Source: Octopus sinensis
Lineage: Eukaryota
Reading direction: 5' to 3'
NCBI RefSeq assembly: GCF_006345805.1
Contig: NC_043001.1
Span: 64,542,001-64,606,000, forward strand
DNA length: 64,000 bases
Made by a program: the position numbers and the translations under genes. The notes below the pieces were generated by a model that was not told the origin of the DNA, ran no database searches, and worked only from the letters and a program-made list of their open reading frames with translations. Of the stretch, positions 27,450 through 41,580 are shown one piece after another (position 1 is the first letter of the stretch; each line of letters begins with the position of its first letter).

Positions 27450-28648
27450 TATTAGACCTGTGTGAGAACAGTTATATTACATGGTAATGGGACATGGGCA
27501 ATGACTGTAGAGGATATGTGTAGACTGGAGAGGAATGAAAGTAGTATGCTCCATTGGATTTGCAACATTAGTGTGCATGACCAACAAAGCACAGGTGTGT
27601 TGAGAGAAAAATTAGGCATTAGGATTAAATGTGGCATGCAGGAGAGGAGAATGCATTGGTTTGGACATGTGATGCGTATGTGTGAAGACAGCTGTATAAA
27701 GAAGTGTCTGTCACTGAAAGTGGATAGTACACGTGGAAGAGGGAGACCCAGGTAGACATGGTTAGGAGTTAGGATGTTGGGGCTCATGGAGGAAATGACA
27801 ATGGTCCAAGATGTTTGGTGATTTGATGTTCTAGACAAGACTTGCTCATGTCACTGAGTACTAGAAGAGTTGTGACCCACCTACATATAACAACAAACAG
27901 TTCACACACCCTACCCCAAGAAACCAAACTACATCTCCCCTTCTAAACAGCATCTTTCTCTTCTTTGCATTTCGTCTTCATAAACTATGATTGTCTTCCA
28001 ATCCTCTTTCTTGCCCTCTGCCCAGGTTTTCACCAGTCACTGCAATCCCCACTCCCTACATGCACCTTCTTGGCAACACCTGACCATGCATATTATGACC
28101 TGCTATAAGCAGCACACCTGTTTCTGCCCTCATTCTTTGTCTCTCTCTCTCTCTCTCTTGCTGGATAACCATGTACCTCCTCTATGACAAGACACCTATT
28201 TCTGTCACTCTCTAACTTTTCATCATCATCCAATACCCCCTCTGTTATAGCAAGATTTCTGTTTCTGCCTCTGTCTCTTTATCACTCTCTAACTTTTCAT
28301 CCTCTGACATGAGTTCCCCTCTTGAAATATCCCTGTCACTCTTATAATTTCTTGTCTTGCCAGTTCTGGTGCCAAGTAAAAAGCATGCAGTCCACACTGT
28401 AAAATGGTTGGCATTTGGAAGGGCATCCAGCTTTAAAAGAATGCCAAAACTAACCTTGCCTGTGTTAGTGCCATGTAAAAGCACTGAGTTCACTCTGCAG
28501 AGTCGTTAGTGTTAGGATGGGCATCCAGCCTTAAAAACCCTGCCAAAACAGAGTAGTATAGTGTAGTTTTTCTACCTGGCCAGCTCCTGTGAACCATCCT
28601 ACCCATGCATGCATGGAAGATGGGCATTAAACAATGATGATGATGAAT
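27450..28648 (+). mobile_element. 5'-truncated RTE LINE (C-terminus, long 3' UTR, (GAT)n tail)
   Basis: LHGNGTWAMT..LERNESSMLHWIC..WFGHVMRM..RGRGRPR; tail gcatggaagatgggcattaaacaatgatgatgatg. Confidence 0.85.
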
Positions 28649-29167
28649 GGTCTGCCTATCATGGTTCTCACAAAATTCATAGTCGTGTTGACCAACATGC
28701 CCATTAAAAGCTGATATAACAAAATAAATAAGATATTTTTGACAACCAGATAGAAAGCAAATGAGTGACAAAACAGACAGACTGAGAAAGAAGCTGGGAA
28801 AAGACAGAGTATCCAGCTGTGACATCTAGCTTTTGCAATTGGCTGTATATGGTGATTGAAGTGAAACTAGCTTTTGCAACATTGTCCAGCAGGCAAAGAC
28901 AGGTCAAGACATGCTGGCTTCAGTATAATAATGCAGTAGCTGGCAGGATGATAGGTTTGTTTATCTTTACCCTTGGGTGATGTCACAAGCCATTATCTGG
29001 AATGGTCTATCACAGACCTTGCAAAGGGATTTTTTTTTTAATTTGAAATTAAAAATTTTTTAAAGATTTTAATTATATATATACATGTACATAAATTGGA
29101 AATTTTACCTATATATGTACACATGCACTCGAAAACAATACCCGCTCTCTCTTTCACACAAACACAC

Positions 29168-29207
<40 letters not shown>

Positions 29208-29209
<2 letters not shown>

Positions 29210-29369
29210 TTGGATGGCCATTGACTTGTGTTCTTTGACTCTTTGTCAGTTTTGTTTTTAGGTGCCTAAAATCACCCTCACACACACACACACACATTAT
29301 TGGATGGCCATTGACTCGTGTTCTTTGACTCTTTGTCAGTTTTGTTTTTAGGTGCCTAAAATCACCCTC
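29208..29369. repeat. 90-bp-period tandem duplication delimited by (CA)n
   Basis: tattggatggccattgact...aaatcaccctc occurs at 29208 and at 29298. Confidence 0.9.
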
Positions 29370-29996
29370 CTCATAAAGCAAGCTTGGTGGGATTGCTGGT
29401 TTTGTCACTGATGAGCTGACCATGCAACAGGTTGTACTGGGTTACATGCTATTACATACTACCAGTGCACTACAAAGTGACCTGACATAATATGGTGATT
29501 AACTATAGAAATTATTGATGTATTATTGAGCATGCACTGGTGTGTGTGTTGGTAAATTATCAGTGAAACTTCACAACCCTACGTTTTTACCTGTTCATTT
29601 CCTAACCACTTTATTATGTGTACTGGGTATATTTTCCATAGTATCAGCACTAGAGTTGTCTTACCAGTTTTTCTAAAGGAACTGGCGGGAGGGGCTTTCT
29701 GTTATGGCTATATAAATGTATCAAGTTCTAGGTAACCTATGAAGTAAGAGAGTGTTGTAGAAGGATGAGGATGGGCTGATGCAGGTGAGAGAATTAGTGA
29801 TGAGGATGATGGTGCTGTCAGCACAGGTTGTGGTGATAAGCAAAGGGAGAATTTGAGATGAGTAATAGGTAGATGAAAGAGAGTATCAAAGATGTAATTT
29901 GGGTGGTAGCAAGTGTAGGCTTTATAGGGTACAAAATATCCTGGTTTCTAAATATTACTTATTTCATTGTACATTTTGCTGTGAGTGGTCGAGTCT

Positions 29997-30860
29997 TAGT
30001 CCTTTGTCATCTCCTTTAAATGCAGCATCTTCAGATCAATCTTTATCCCATATTTTCCTCAGTTTCCCTCTTCCATAGGTTTCACTACTTTGAAACACTT
30101 GGTACTTCCTAATGGAGCAGTCATCCTTCATGTGCATGACAAGTCTATACCAGCACAGCCTTTTCTTGCACCCTCCACATGATTCCACTTATAACTAGTT
30201 TTTTTTTGTGCTCATTTGTACTTTGGTATCCATGCACACTAACATGATACATTTATCCAGAGAGTAATTGCTTCATTTCTTTCTTGTCTTTACAAGTCTT
30301 CTGCATTCAGGACCCATGCAGCATCACTCACCTAACACATACATAAAATCTGTCCTCCATTTTGAGGAAAAGTTCTTTTTGTTATCAGCAGGGATAATAG
30401 CTCCCTGAACAATTTTCAAGCTGTTCTTACCCTTTCTGTTATATTTTCTGTACAGCCTTGTGAATTATATCAGCTAGACAATAGAAGATATCAACTACTT
30501 TTAGTGAGCCAGCATGTCATTTAAGAGAATCTATTTCTTATATACCCTTAATGCATATTGCTCCTGTGCATCTGCCATATACAAAGTTAAGTTTTCTGGG
30601 ATATTGCTATATCTCTTATGACTATACCTTTGACTGAGTATCACATACAGTATTCCTACCTTCACCTTGTCTGCATATCAAGAAAAGCATTTTGTTGAAC
30701 TTGTCAGGGTCCTATCTTCTATCTACTTATTAACACCTTAGTCTTTGCTAAATTTACCTTAGTCCTCTTGATTCTAAGTTTAACTTTTGTGGTTGAAATT
30801 TCTTCTATACTACTGATTCAGCTATGAGAATTAATCTCTGATGGCTGTTGGACACTGATG
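29997..30860 (-). mobile_element. Decayed RTE LINE C-terminal fragment
   Basis: Similar in reverse orientation to the RTE region 15900-16800 and in the same orientation to 61090-61516. Confidence 0.6.
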
Positions 30861-31339
30861 AAAGGGAGGGTACTGAGGATTGATGTTTGACAGACATATC
30901 CTCATGCTAAATTCATCTCCGAACTCATTGTTGTCTCTCTCTTTACTGCACTTTTGTACGTAGTTTGTATATCCTTAATAAAGCATCCATTTATAGCTGG
31001 CTTTCTTATTGACCACCAAGTTTACAATATGGCGCCCTCACTAAGACCTTCTCCAAGTCAATAAATGCCAGGTATAGTGGTTTACTTTTAGCTCAAATAT
31101 TTCTTCCACAGTTAGTTATCTCACTAGGAAGATTGCGTTGTGCTACCTTCCTGGATATATTATTCTTATCTATTCAGTATGTATGTATGTGTGTATGTAT
31201 GTATGTATGTATGTATGTATGCATGCATGTATGTAACCATCTTTACTACATTCACCCACCTTTTATTAAACTTCCCTCTCTACTCTCACCTTCCTTTTCA
31301 AGTAATACTCAAAAAAGTTGATGAGATGTTGGCTAGAGA

Positions 31340-34300
31340 GGAAAGTATTTGTCTCTAAGCCTTTCAAATGAGTCCACCATACACATTCTTTTGCCATCGC
31401 CACCAATACAATGAAAACTGCCTTGCCTTCCTGGTTAAAGGAAGGTAGTGGTGCAATATTTATGATAGACTCATTGACAACCGGACTCATCCCACACATA
31501 ACAGCAGCCGTTTGACATAGGCCTACAGGTCTGAAATATTTGGACATTGCACAAGTGCGTGCAGAACAGTTTTGTCTTTCTGACCGCATCTTGGGCAGAT
31601 CAGATTGGTGTTTCTTGAACCATGTCTGCAGACCTTATATTGAATGGGCAATGCTCCCTGATAGCACTGCCAGGCCAGGGATCTCTGGAAATTGTCCATA
31701 GGTCCTGGCCCAAAAGTGGTCCTAAAGAGCCGTCAGGTATTCCCTGTCGATGTCCAGAGTTTCTCCAAGAACATCATAGCACCTCCTCTCCATTAATCCT
31801 CTGTAGAACACTTTGGTGGAATTGAAATCACACAATTTTGAACCGGGATGGCAGAGCTGCTTGAGAGCATGGTGACACTCGCAGTACCATTTGCCCATTC
31901 AGTCCCTGCTTGATCCATGATTGCAGTTTGGTCAATGAGACAAGCTGCGGAAAGGCATATCCTGCAAAAGGCAAGCACACTTGTTCACCATCGCCTATGA
32001 AACACTGGAGATGTCATTGTCTCAGCGCATGTCTGCACATCATTAACCATGGCATACCCAGTCCCCCATTTAGCAGATGTTGACAGCAAATGGATCACCC
32101 AACCATTGGAAGGCTTCCCCTCCACAAAAAGTGGAAGAGTATGCATTCCAGTTTCATGATGATAGGGTCAGAACAAGGCACAATGGTCAGACGGTAGTAG
32201 ATGGCAGATGTGATATACACATTCGCCACCTCAGCCTGACCTTTTAGAGATAGCTTTCTCTCGGCCCATAGCTGGGTGAGAGTGACCACCCTGCTTGTTA
32301 TCTCATCCTTGTTCTCCATTTGGAGGTCTGGACCAAACCAGACCCTGAGCAATTTAACTGGTCCATCAGTCCAGCGTCCCACGATGGAGATACTGTTGGA
32401 CAGCATGGGCTGCTTCTCCAGGTGTCAAGCTGCAAGCCCACTGACGTTTTTTTGCTCCAATTACCAATTTGTATTCTTTTAGTGTCTCATTGTCCAGGTC
32501 AGTATGTCTGTGGTTTGATACCATGATGCAGACATGCTTCTCCTGCATCCCAGTTCTCGTGGGATGCCCTTCAGTGTCGCCAGCTTGTGCAGTAGAGTCA
32601 ATACATACAGAAGTGATGAGAGTGGGCGTCCTTGACAGACCAAACACATGATGTTAAATAGTCTAGATAGATGGCTATTTACCCAAACTACTAAGTGGAT
32701 GTCACTGTATAAAGCAGCAATCCAACCGTGAAAGACTGGACAGAAACCAGCCAGCCTAATGACAGCCTCCAAGTATCGATGATCAACCCTATCCAAATTG
32801 ATCAGAGCCCACCCATGCCAGGTTCCTTAAGTACCCTGTCTATGATGTACACATGAGGTGGAGGTTGTCATGGATACTTCTGCCTGACATGGCACATGTT
32901 TGCGCCTTGTCAACCAGTTTCTCGATGACAAGTGCCAACCTCTCGGTTAGCACCTTGGCCAAAACTTTCAAATCAGCATTGAGCAGAGTGATGGGCCAGA
33001 AATTATCTATAACGTTTCCCTTGTTTGAGTCTTTCTTTAGCAGAGTCACTACTCCTCAGCTCACAAAACAGCTCACAAAATACTCCTGTTTTGCTGCTAG
33101 TTGCAGTAGACTGTTGCCAAGACATCTTCAAATGTGTCTGGCATATGACAATAAAGCTCATAGGCCAGACCATCCAAGCCCAGCAACTTGTCTCTCATGC
33201 AACCTGCCATTGCATTCCATACATCAGCAGCTGTAATGGGACTTTCACATCACTCAGCTTGCTTTGCCAAGAGTCATGGCAAGCCATGCAGGTAGGCACT
33301 AAAGTTTATCCTGTGTTCCAACCCACCAGTTGCTTGAAGGCCTCACATCCTTTCGGGCTTGAGTAACTCATATCTCTATTGATCTATCAAGGACCAAATG
33401 GTGGCTTTGTTGTCACGTTGCACCTCCACCACCTGGGCCTCTTGGGTGGCTCCAGTTCCCTCATTTCTTAAGGCACACATCCTAGCTCTGACAATGCAAC
33501 CTTTGTGTTTGGCATTGAAGTGTCGATCAAGGGCCAACCTCACCGCCAGCATGTTGGTCACAGTGCCACTTCTAAGTGTCCCTTCTAATTTCTTAACTAG
33601 GTCTCCCTCTTTTTTATTTCGATTTCTTGCTAAGTGATTCTGCTTTAATTGCCCTCTTTAGGGCAAGTCACCATATGTTGTTGATGATGACTCCTGTCAG
33701 TACCTTCCTATTGTGCTAATCCGGTCTCTGTAAGCCTGTTGCACCAGGAGTGATATGTCCGGCTTCCAGTATCCGGGACCCTGCCTATTATTCTTATCTA
33801 AGTCAAGTGTACAGGTCATGAATTTATGATCTGTGTAACTGACTATGTGAAACTGTGGACAAACTACACTATCCCTATCTACTGCCCTACAGAATACTCT
33901 ATCTAAATATGATCTGGATGACCCAATGCTGTTGGTCCCTGTCCACATTGGCACGTTCAAGTAGTTCAGTTGGTACCTGTCAGACAGTTGGAAACGTCTG
34001 AGAAGGTCTTTGAGGCATTTGCATCCCCTTCTCTTCCTATCTCTCCCTACATATTCTAGACATGTGTCCAAGATAGCGTTCCAATCCCCTACTAAGTGTA
34101 AAGATTGAGACGTTCCCAGGAAAACCTCTAGACGTCAAAAGAAATCCAACCAACTTAAGGACTGTGCATATATCATAATCAGTCAGAAAGCACACCCATT
34201 ACTGCCATCGACATCCAAGACAACCAGCCTGCCCTCTGGGTCTAAGAAAACTACCCTTACTTTGGGATCCAGACCCTTTTGAAAAAGCACCCTGGTGCCA

Positions 34301-36330
34301 CCACCACCCATTCTTGACAGACACAGAGAAAAATAAATGTCGAATTGACTGCTGAACATGGGCTTGAGGGCCTGCAGGTTGGAGAGTCTGGTTTCATTGA
34401 TGGCTGTAATATCTACATTTAGTGGCTTGATGTCATTCAACAGGTAGCCTTGTCTCTCCAAGATGACCCCCAAGCCACACACATTTATACTACCTAGTCT
34501 GAGCATGGACCTAGCAAAAGTTCTGCTTTACACACAAAGAGAGAAAAGAGAGTCACTTGCTGTTCAAAAACAGGGTGTTTTCCTCCTCAGAAGTTTCTGT
34601 GAGGAGATTTTTGTAAAGTTTTTTTGACAAATGTTTTTGAAATCTCCCTACCAAATTAGGGTAGAGAGATTTCATGAATTTATGTGTACTTTGTGTAGTG
34701 TGTAAAATTTGTATGTGTTGTGGTGGTGTTTTGTATGGGTGGTTGTTTTTTTCAAATTGTTTCGTGTAATATCAGTGTGAGACCTGATGTTAGTATTGTG
34801 GGGCCACTTGGCACATTTGTGTGTTTGTAGTGTTGGTGCTGGTATTGTTAATGTGTGTGGAAATTTTGACATTGGGAGTGGTATATCTCCCTGCTTTGTT
34901 TGACAGAGTAATCATTTTTTCCCCCTTTTTTTTCTCCCCCCCCGTGGCCATTTGCCATTCTTCTGTGTCGCCTTTACCATACTACATGTCGGAGGAATCA
35001 GAATATTGAAGGGGAAGGGTATTGGGGTCGATTTGTGCGTGTGTGTTGATGATGTTGTTGTTAGTGCTGGTTGGTGGCAGTTGGGATGTGATGTATAGGT
35101 AGTTAGAGGTGAAGGGTTAATCTTTTTCTTCTTTTCTTGTTTTGGTGCTTCTGTAGCTGTTGTTGTTTGTTGGTGGTAGTGATGGTGGTGTTTATTGGTT
35201 GGGTTGGTTGAGTTGGTTGGCTGGCTGGTTGGTTGGTTGGTTGGTGGAGCTGTTTCATCTGTTGTTGCTGCTGTAGTTGTGCTGATGGTGATGTGGGTAA
35301 CAGTGCTGGTTTTCTGTTGGTGTTTTTCTTTTTGTTGTTCCTGTATTGTTGGACAGTTGATTGCAAGGTGGTTTTTGCTACTACAAAGGTGACAGTGTGA
35401 CCATCTGCCTTCAACGTCCACATGTAGGTTTGTGCCGTCCAACAGTTTTACTATGTCTGAGACAGATTTGATCTCTTTTGATCCACTTGGATTAAGAGCT
35501 TGGTCTAACCCAGTTTTGCTGCTCCAGGTCAGCAATTTCTAGCATATTAATTGCCTTCTTGAAATCATAGCAGAAGGCTGACACCAGCCATCATATTTCT
35601 ATCTCAGAGGGTACATCTTTGATTTTTCTTTTCATCACACGATGACCAAGGTATGTAGGAATCATGATGATTTCCTCACATTCAAGTGGCTTAGTGGAAT
35701 GTTCATTTGCTTGTTCCTGTTTATTGAACCTTACTTTGACAGTGGCAAATCTTTTACCCCTTGTAATATATTTTTTAAATGCCCATATAGGTCTTAAGCA
35801 CTTTTCCACTGTGTTGAGTGGCATGTTCCAGCCTTTTTGTTTCTATGTTTATTGTTTTATGAATTGTTGTTTTTGTTTTTTTAAATGCCCTGTAAAATGT
35901 CTTTTGGTGGGTGTAATTTTATTGTTCTTTCTTCTTTGCTTAAAACTGACTTGCATTCTAACAATTCTCGGGTCAAAAAAGATACGAGTTGTCTCCTTTG
36001 CCTCAGAATAGAAGCAAAGTTGTTTTGTTTGTTCATGTTGTTGTTGTTGTTGGTGGTGGTGGTGGAGGCGGTGGCGGCAGCGGCAGCAGTGGAGGTGGCA
36101 GTGGTGGTGACAACAGTCATTGTTTTAGACATGCATTCATTATTATCTTTATTTTCTTTTCCCACTTGCTCAGTAGGAATGCTGGTGTCCTTGTATGTGT
36201 TGGCATTGTTGTTCAATTGTGTATGTGTGAAAGTGAGGGATTGTTTTCTTTTTTACTTGTTGCTATTGGCAGCAGAGGAAAGCTATTGGCAGCAGAGGAA
36301 AGTCAACTTCCAAATTGGTTACGCTGTTAG
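31340..36330 (-). mobile_element. Tx1/L1-clade LINE (ORF1 with CCHC knuckle; ORF2 APE-RT), decayed
   Basis: ORF1 CHLCSSKNHLAINC; ORF2 GSINVCGL..AINETR, YLDRVF, GPGYWK, WPITLLNADLKVLAKVL..RSIHDNLHL, LSLKGQAEV. Confidence 0.85.
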
Positions 36331-36599
36331 TCTCAAAATGAGACAGATGGTCTACTTGTATGTGTATGTGTGTGTTTATTTGCAGTACACTGTACTGAGC
36401 TTTTTGATGATTTGAAATATAAAACTTAGTTTTTACCTTATGATAAGCAAACAAAATATGTTTGCAGAAATGGTTTTCTCTCTCTTTAGGTGGAAACAAT
36501 CGGATTAATTTATTAAGAAGTCATTATTATTCTTCATGGAGAGCTGTAACAGGACTCTATCTAATCTGAATAACAATATGACTAATCATAATTATAATT

Positions 36600-36770
36600 T
36601 GATTTTCATGTTCCATGTTGGCATGGGTTGGATGGATTGCCAGGATCTGATTAGCCCAAGAACTGCATCATGATCCAGGATCTTCTTCCTAATGCCAACC
36701 ACTTTATAGCAAGTATTGGGTGCTTTTTTTAATGCCATCAGCACTAGTGAAGCCATCATCAGTTTGCAAA
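36600..36770 (-). mobile_element. RTE 3' end fragment
   Basis: Reverse complement contains ggttggcattaggaagaag and ccatccaacccatgccaacatggaa. Confidence 0.6.
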
Positions 36771-37359
36771 ATTTTGAACCCCCAAGGGGTGGATGGCAGA
36801 CAACTTTATGTGTGGAGGTAAGGAGTAACAGATATACACAGATATATCTGAAAATGATTCAATGGACATATTTAAGTTTTACATTAGCTTTAATTTAATA
36901 AGACAAAACTAAGAGAACACTGTTTACATTCATAAAATTTCCAACCAGCCACTGGCTATAATTCACATATTATCTTTCCCTTTAATTCAGAATAACCAAT
37001 AGACTTTCTAATCAGCCTTTAGATGAGGCTATTTTCAATAAAGCAGCTAGAAATGGACTTAGTGAAAACTAGAAAACATAAATTAAATGTCACTGTAATA
37101 CAGCCAGAAATTTCTTGTCTTTAATAAGACATTTCTCACTTGTGCCCAAATTCCATAACTCTTCAATTCACATAACATTAAGGTGATAAAGGAAACATTG
37201 CTTCCATGATAAAATACCACAGTTGCAAACACCATCTCCATACAGCCATCATGCTAAGAGCCAACTTGTAACTGTTGAAATTCATCTTTTTGTCAATTCA
37301 GGGGATTCTGTCTCTCACTGAGCACCCATACCACTTCCAAATGGCATTGAAAGGAATTA

Positions 37360-37545
37360 TATTCTTTTATTTGTTTCAGTCATTTGACTGCAACCATGCT
37401 GGAGCACGCCTTTAGATGAACAAATCAACCCCAGGACTTATTCTTTTGCCGAACTGCTAAGTTACAGGGATGTAAACACACCAGCATCAGTTGTCAAGCG
37501 ATAGTGAAAGTACAAACACAGAAACACAAACACACACATGCATGC
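37360..37545 (-). mobile_element. SINE family A, 3' half (5' half at 39561-39712)
   Basis: Ends at the SINE's internal microsatellite; the sequence resumes as tacgacgggcttctttcag at 39561. Confidence 0.85.
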
Positions 37546-37674
37546 ACTTTATATATATATATATATATATAAATAATAATAATAATAATTTCTCACTTGA
37601 CCGCTGGTTGCAGAAAATTTTTCTTGAATTTTTCTTGAATTTTTTTGCTACCCTTATATTGATTAATTAATGAT

Positions 37675-37713
<39 letters not shown>

Positions 37714-37796
37714 GGTCCCGGGTTGATTCGGGGTTAACCACAGTAAATAAGGTACTCAATACATAGCAGAGTAAAATTAATTTATTATATAGAAGG

Positions 37797-37847
37797 AGCT
37801 TCTACAGGACTAGAACTGTTTCATTCAAGAGAAATCTTCAGGAAGCT
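37797..37847 (-). ncRNA. Type I hammerhead ribozyme, canonical CUGAAGA core
   Basis: Reverse complement is identical to 39462-39512. Confidence 0.8.
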
Positions 37848-38444
37848 AGTTAACAAGAATTGTATTGGCATTTATACATTTAGGCAGGTTTAAAGGGGTG
37901 TTGGTGGGGGACTTTTTGGGGGTAGGCATAGCGCAAAATATCATACTTGGGGGAGTGGTCAAGGAGTCAGTGTTAAATTAGATAGAAGAATAAATTTAAA
38001 AAAATAAATAAATAAAAAAAAATATATAAAAAAAAGGGAATAGAGTTTTAGGTAAATAAGGAGATTCTCACTTATACCTATGCACATATGTATACATATA
38101 TACACACACATACAAACATATATACATATACATACACACATACATACACACACACATATATACATATATATACACTTACACATACATATACATATCTACA
38201 CATACACATATATGTATACATACACACACTCACATGCATACACGTATACACACATGTATATATACACACACGACCACACATACATATACACACAGAAAAA
38301 TATATATACACATACACACACATACACACATACGCGCATACACACACATATCCACACACACACATGCACACACAGCACACTAGTCCCTATATACACATAT
38401 ATACACATACACACATATATATACACACACATACATATACATAC

Positions 38445-38475
<31 letters not shown>

Positions 38476-38928
38476 CATATGTGTACCCATGCATACCTAC
38501 ACATACACACATATATATATACACATACAAATACAGACCCATTCCCTAATTTTAATTTTATTATCTTCATTTATTACTTTTGTTATCTTTGACCGCTGGT
38601 CACAAACATCTTGGCTATGACAGCCAGTCCATTTATCTGTCTACTCGAAAACAAGCCCTCATTCACTCACGCACACTCTGTAGCACGTACACTCACTCAT
38701 TCGTACATTCATACACATACACGCACGCACGCACGCGTTATATTCATACATACATACATCTACATACATTCACGTATATACACATACGTACGCGTACCTA
38801 CAGATTCATGTCTACACTCTTAGAAGGCTAGTCTATACATATACACCAATAAATATAAATACACACACATACATATACACCTACATACAAATACATACAT
38901 GTATATATATACATATATATACATTCAC

Positions 38929-38985
<57 letters not shown>

Positions 38986-39224
38986 TACACATACATATAC
39001 ACACATACACATACATACATATACACACATACACATACATACGTATACATACATACATACATCCATACATACATACATTTATACACATACACACACCCAC
39101 ACGTATACATATACATACATATATATATATACACATATATATATACGCGCATGCATACACATACAAATACATACACATACGCATATACATATACCTACAT
39201 ACACATACACAAATATACATATAT

Positions 39225-39274
<50 letters not shown>

Positions 39275-39461
39275 CACACACATACATATACATACATACA
39301 TATACAAATATATTTGTATTTTTTTATTTATTCTTCTATCTAATTTAACACTGACTCCTTGACCACTCCCCCAAGTATGATATTTTGCGCTATGCCTACC
39401 CCCCAAAAGTCCCCCACCAACCTGCCTAAATGTATAAATGCCAATACAATTCTTGTTAACT

Positions 39462-39512
39462 AGCTTCCTGAAGATTTCTCTTGAATGAAACAGTTCTAGT
39501 CCTGTAGAAGCT
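39462..39512 (+). ncRNA. Type I hammerhead ribozyme, canonical CUGAAGA core
   Basis: Stem I agcttc/gaagct, CTGAAGA, stem II t-ttc(tctt)gaa-t, GAAA, stem III acag/ctgt, GUA cleavage site. Confidence 0.8.
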
Positions 39513-39523
39513 CCTTCTATATA

Positions 39524-39560
<37 letters not shown>

Positions 39561-39563
<3 letters not shown>

Positions 39564-39712
39564 GACGGGCTTCTTTCAGCTTCCATCTGCCAAATCCACT
39601 CACAAGGCTTTGGTTAGCCTGAGACTATAGTAGAAGGTGCCAATCAGCAGGACTGAACCCAGAACCATGTGGTTGGTAAGCAATCTACTTACCACACAGC
39701 CACTCCTGCACC
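39561..39712 (-). mobile_element. SINE family A, 5' half
   Basis: Matches 13921-14081. Confidence 0.85.
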
Positions 39713-41329
39713 TATGTGTCTAACTAAAATCTTTCAAAGTTCATTTCTTTCAACATCTCTACTCATTCTGATCAAGGAACAGGGAAACTTACAGTTTGTT
39801 TGGAAACAGTGATTGGAGACTGGCATGCCCTCCAATAAAATGGACATAGGATGGTCCTATCAATGTTGTCTCATTTCCATTTTATTGGAGAGCATGCCAG
39901 TTTCCAATCAATGTAAGAACTATAAGCTTTACTTAATTAAAAAGTACCAGAGACTGAAGCAACCTGTGAAATCACGTTACTTCTTTAAAAAATTCCAGTT
40001 GCTCAAAAATCACAATTCCTAAAAATTAGCTTTAGCCAGTTCTAACCAGCAATGTGAAGTAATTTCCCTTGAAAACAATACCATTAGGGTGAAATGCCTG
40101 TTTTTGGATTACAAGTTGTAGATTTACAACAAATCTAATCACATTTTAGCTTCAGCCAATGAAAAGGCTTTATGGACATAATGTCTTCTGCCATTTTTAA
40201 CATTAATTCATACTATCATCTGAAATATGTGTTTTCCAATAAATGTGCATATATAAACAAACACTGTATCACTGTATATGAATGTATTGATGTGGAGAAT
40301 TAACTTGAGAAGACAAAATTTATAAGTGAAATGTTATTTCTATCAAGATTTGGCAAATAAATGCAAACTGATATAATTGCGCCAAAAAATTATGATATTA
40401 TGACTGAGATGAATTTTAAAATATTAAAAAAGTTTTCTGCTTTGGAAAATAAAATGTCTTCTCAACTACTATGATAATGAAAATATATTTTATCCCTAAG
40501 GTGAATTAAAAAAACATTTTTTTCATAAATTGGATTGACAGAAATATAAACATTTATCATTATATATAATATATTATTATCTGTAAATGCTGGTTATCAC
40601 TCATATTCAAATATGTTGTGCAAGTTTAAATTGTATTTTTTTGTTTTGTTCTTTGATAACTGATTTATTAGGATAGTTGACATCTCACTTCCTGTGTCAT
40701 CTTCTGATTCTAGCAGAATCTTTCCTTCTTTACTGATAGGCAATTGTAGATATTATTGTCTTAGACAGCATATTGCATTAAAAATATTTTACACACAGAG
40801 ACAAGTCAAATCACCAATGATTTATACAATTTTAACTAAAGCTAAGTAACATTAAATACTATAAATACAAATCAATTAAAATAAACTGAAATAATATCAA
40901 CCACCAATAGCTTCAGCAAGCAAATTATTTGTTGACACATGCTGATGCTTGCCAAATTGATATTCATGTGCACATAAAACAGCAATAATCAAAACAGTAA
41001 TGTACATATTCATTTTTAACATGTTCCAGCTGATTGAAACCATATCAAAATACCAGTGTCTTGAAGTTCCTTTATGTGAATGAATTGAATGTATTGTCAA
41101 CATGCACTATTTGAAAGAAGGTGTTCTCCAAAAGTAATACAAGTGACTAACATATTCACATTAAATCTACCAGAATGTATTAAGAATGTACAACATTGTT
41201 TTGGTTCTCAATATTTTGTGTGCATTTGATACTTAATTCATCAATTTGGCAGACATCAACATGCATCAACAAATAATTTGCCTGCTCTATAAAGAGCCAC
41301 CACTCTTTTTTAGTTTCATTGATTCAGGC

Positions 41330-41580
41330 AGTGAAGGCACATGGCTTAGTGCTTAAGGTATTCAGCTCATGAACATAAGGTCATGAGTTGGATTCCTAGC
41401 AGCATGTTGTGCCCTTGAGCAAAACATTTTATTTCACATTGCTCCAGTTCACTCAGATGGCAAAAATGAGTAATACCTGTATTTCAAAAGGCCAGCCTTG
41501 TCACATTCTGTATCACTCTGAATTTCCCAGAGAACTACATTAGAGTGTTTAGCCACTTGCACATTAATTTCATGAGAAAC
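41330..41580 (+). mobile_element. SINE family B
   Basis: A-box-like tggcttagtgc, B-box-like gagttggattcc, gtgcccttgagcaaaac core, and a 3' part shared with 21172-21475. Confidence 0.75.

Larger units (their letters stand above)
37571..39530. mobile_element. About 2-kb insert with inverted Penelope-type terminal repeats and a microsatellite core
   Basis: 37785-37990 and 39330-39530 are near-identical inverted copies, each carrying an HHR; (TACA/CA)n-rich spacer between them. Confidence 0.7.

Noticed and set aside
40917-41286. Inverted repeat pair of about 46 bp as a structured RNA
   Set aside because: The diverged arms around a spacer of about 280 bp fit an old MITE-like fragment, and no functional motif was found.
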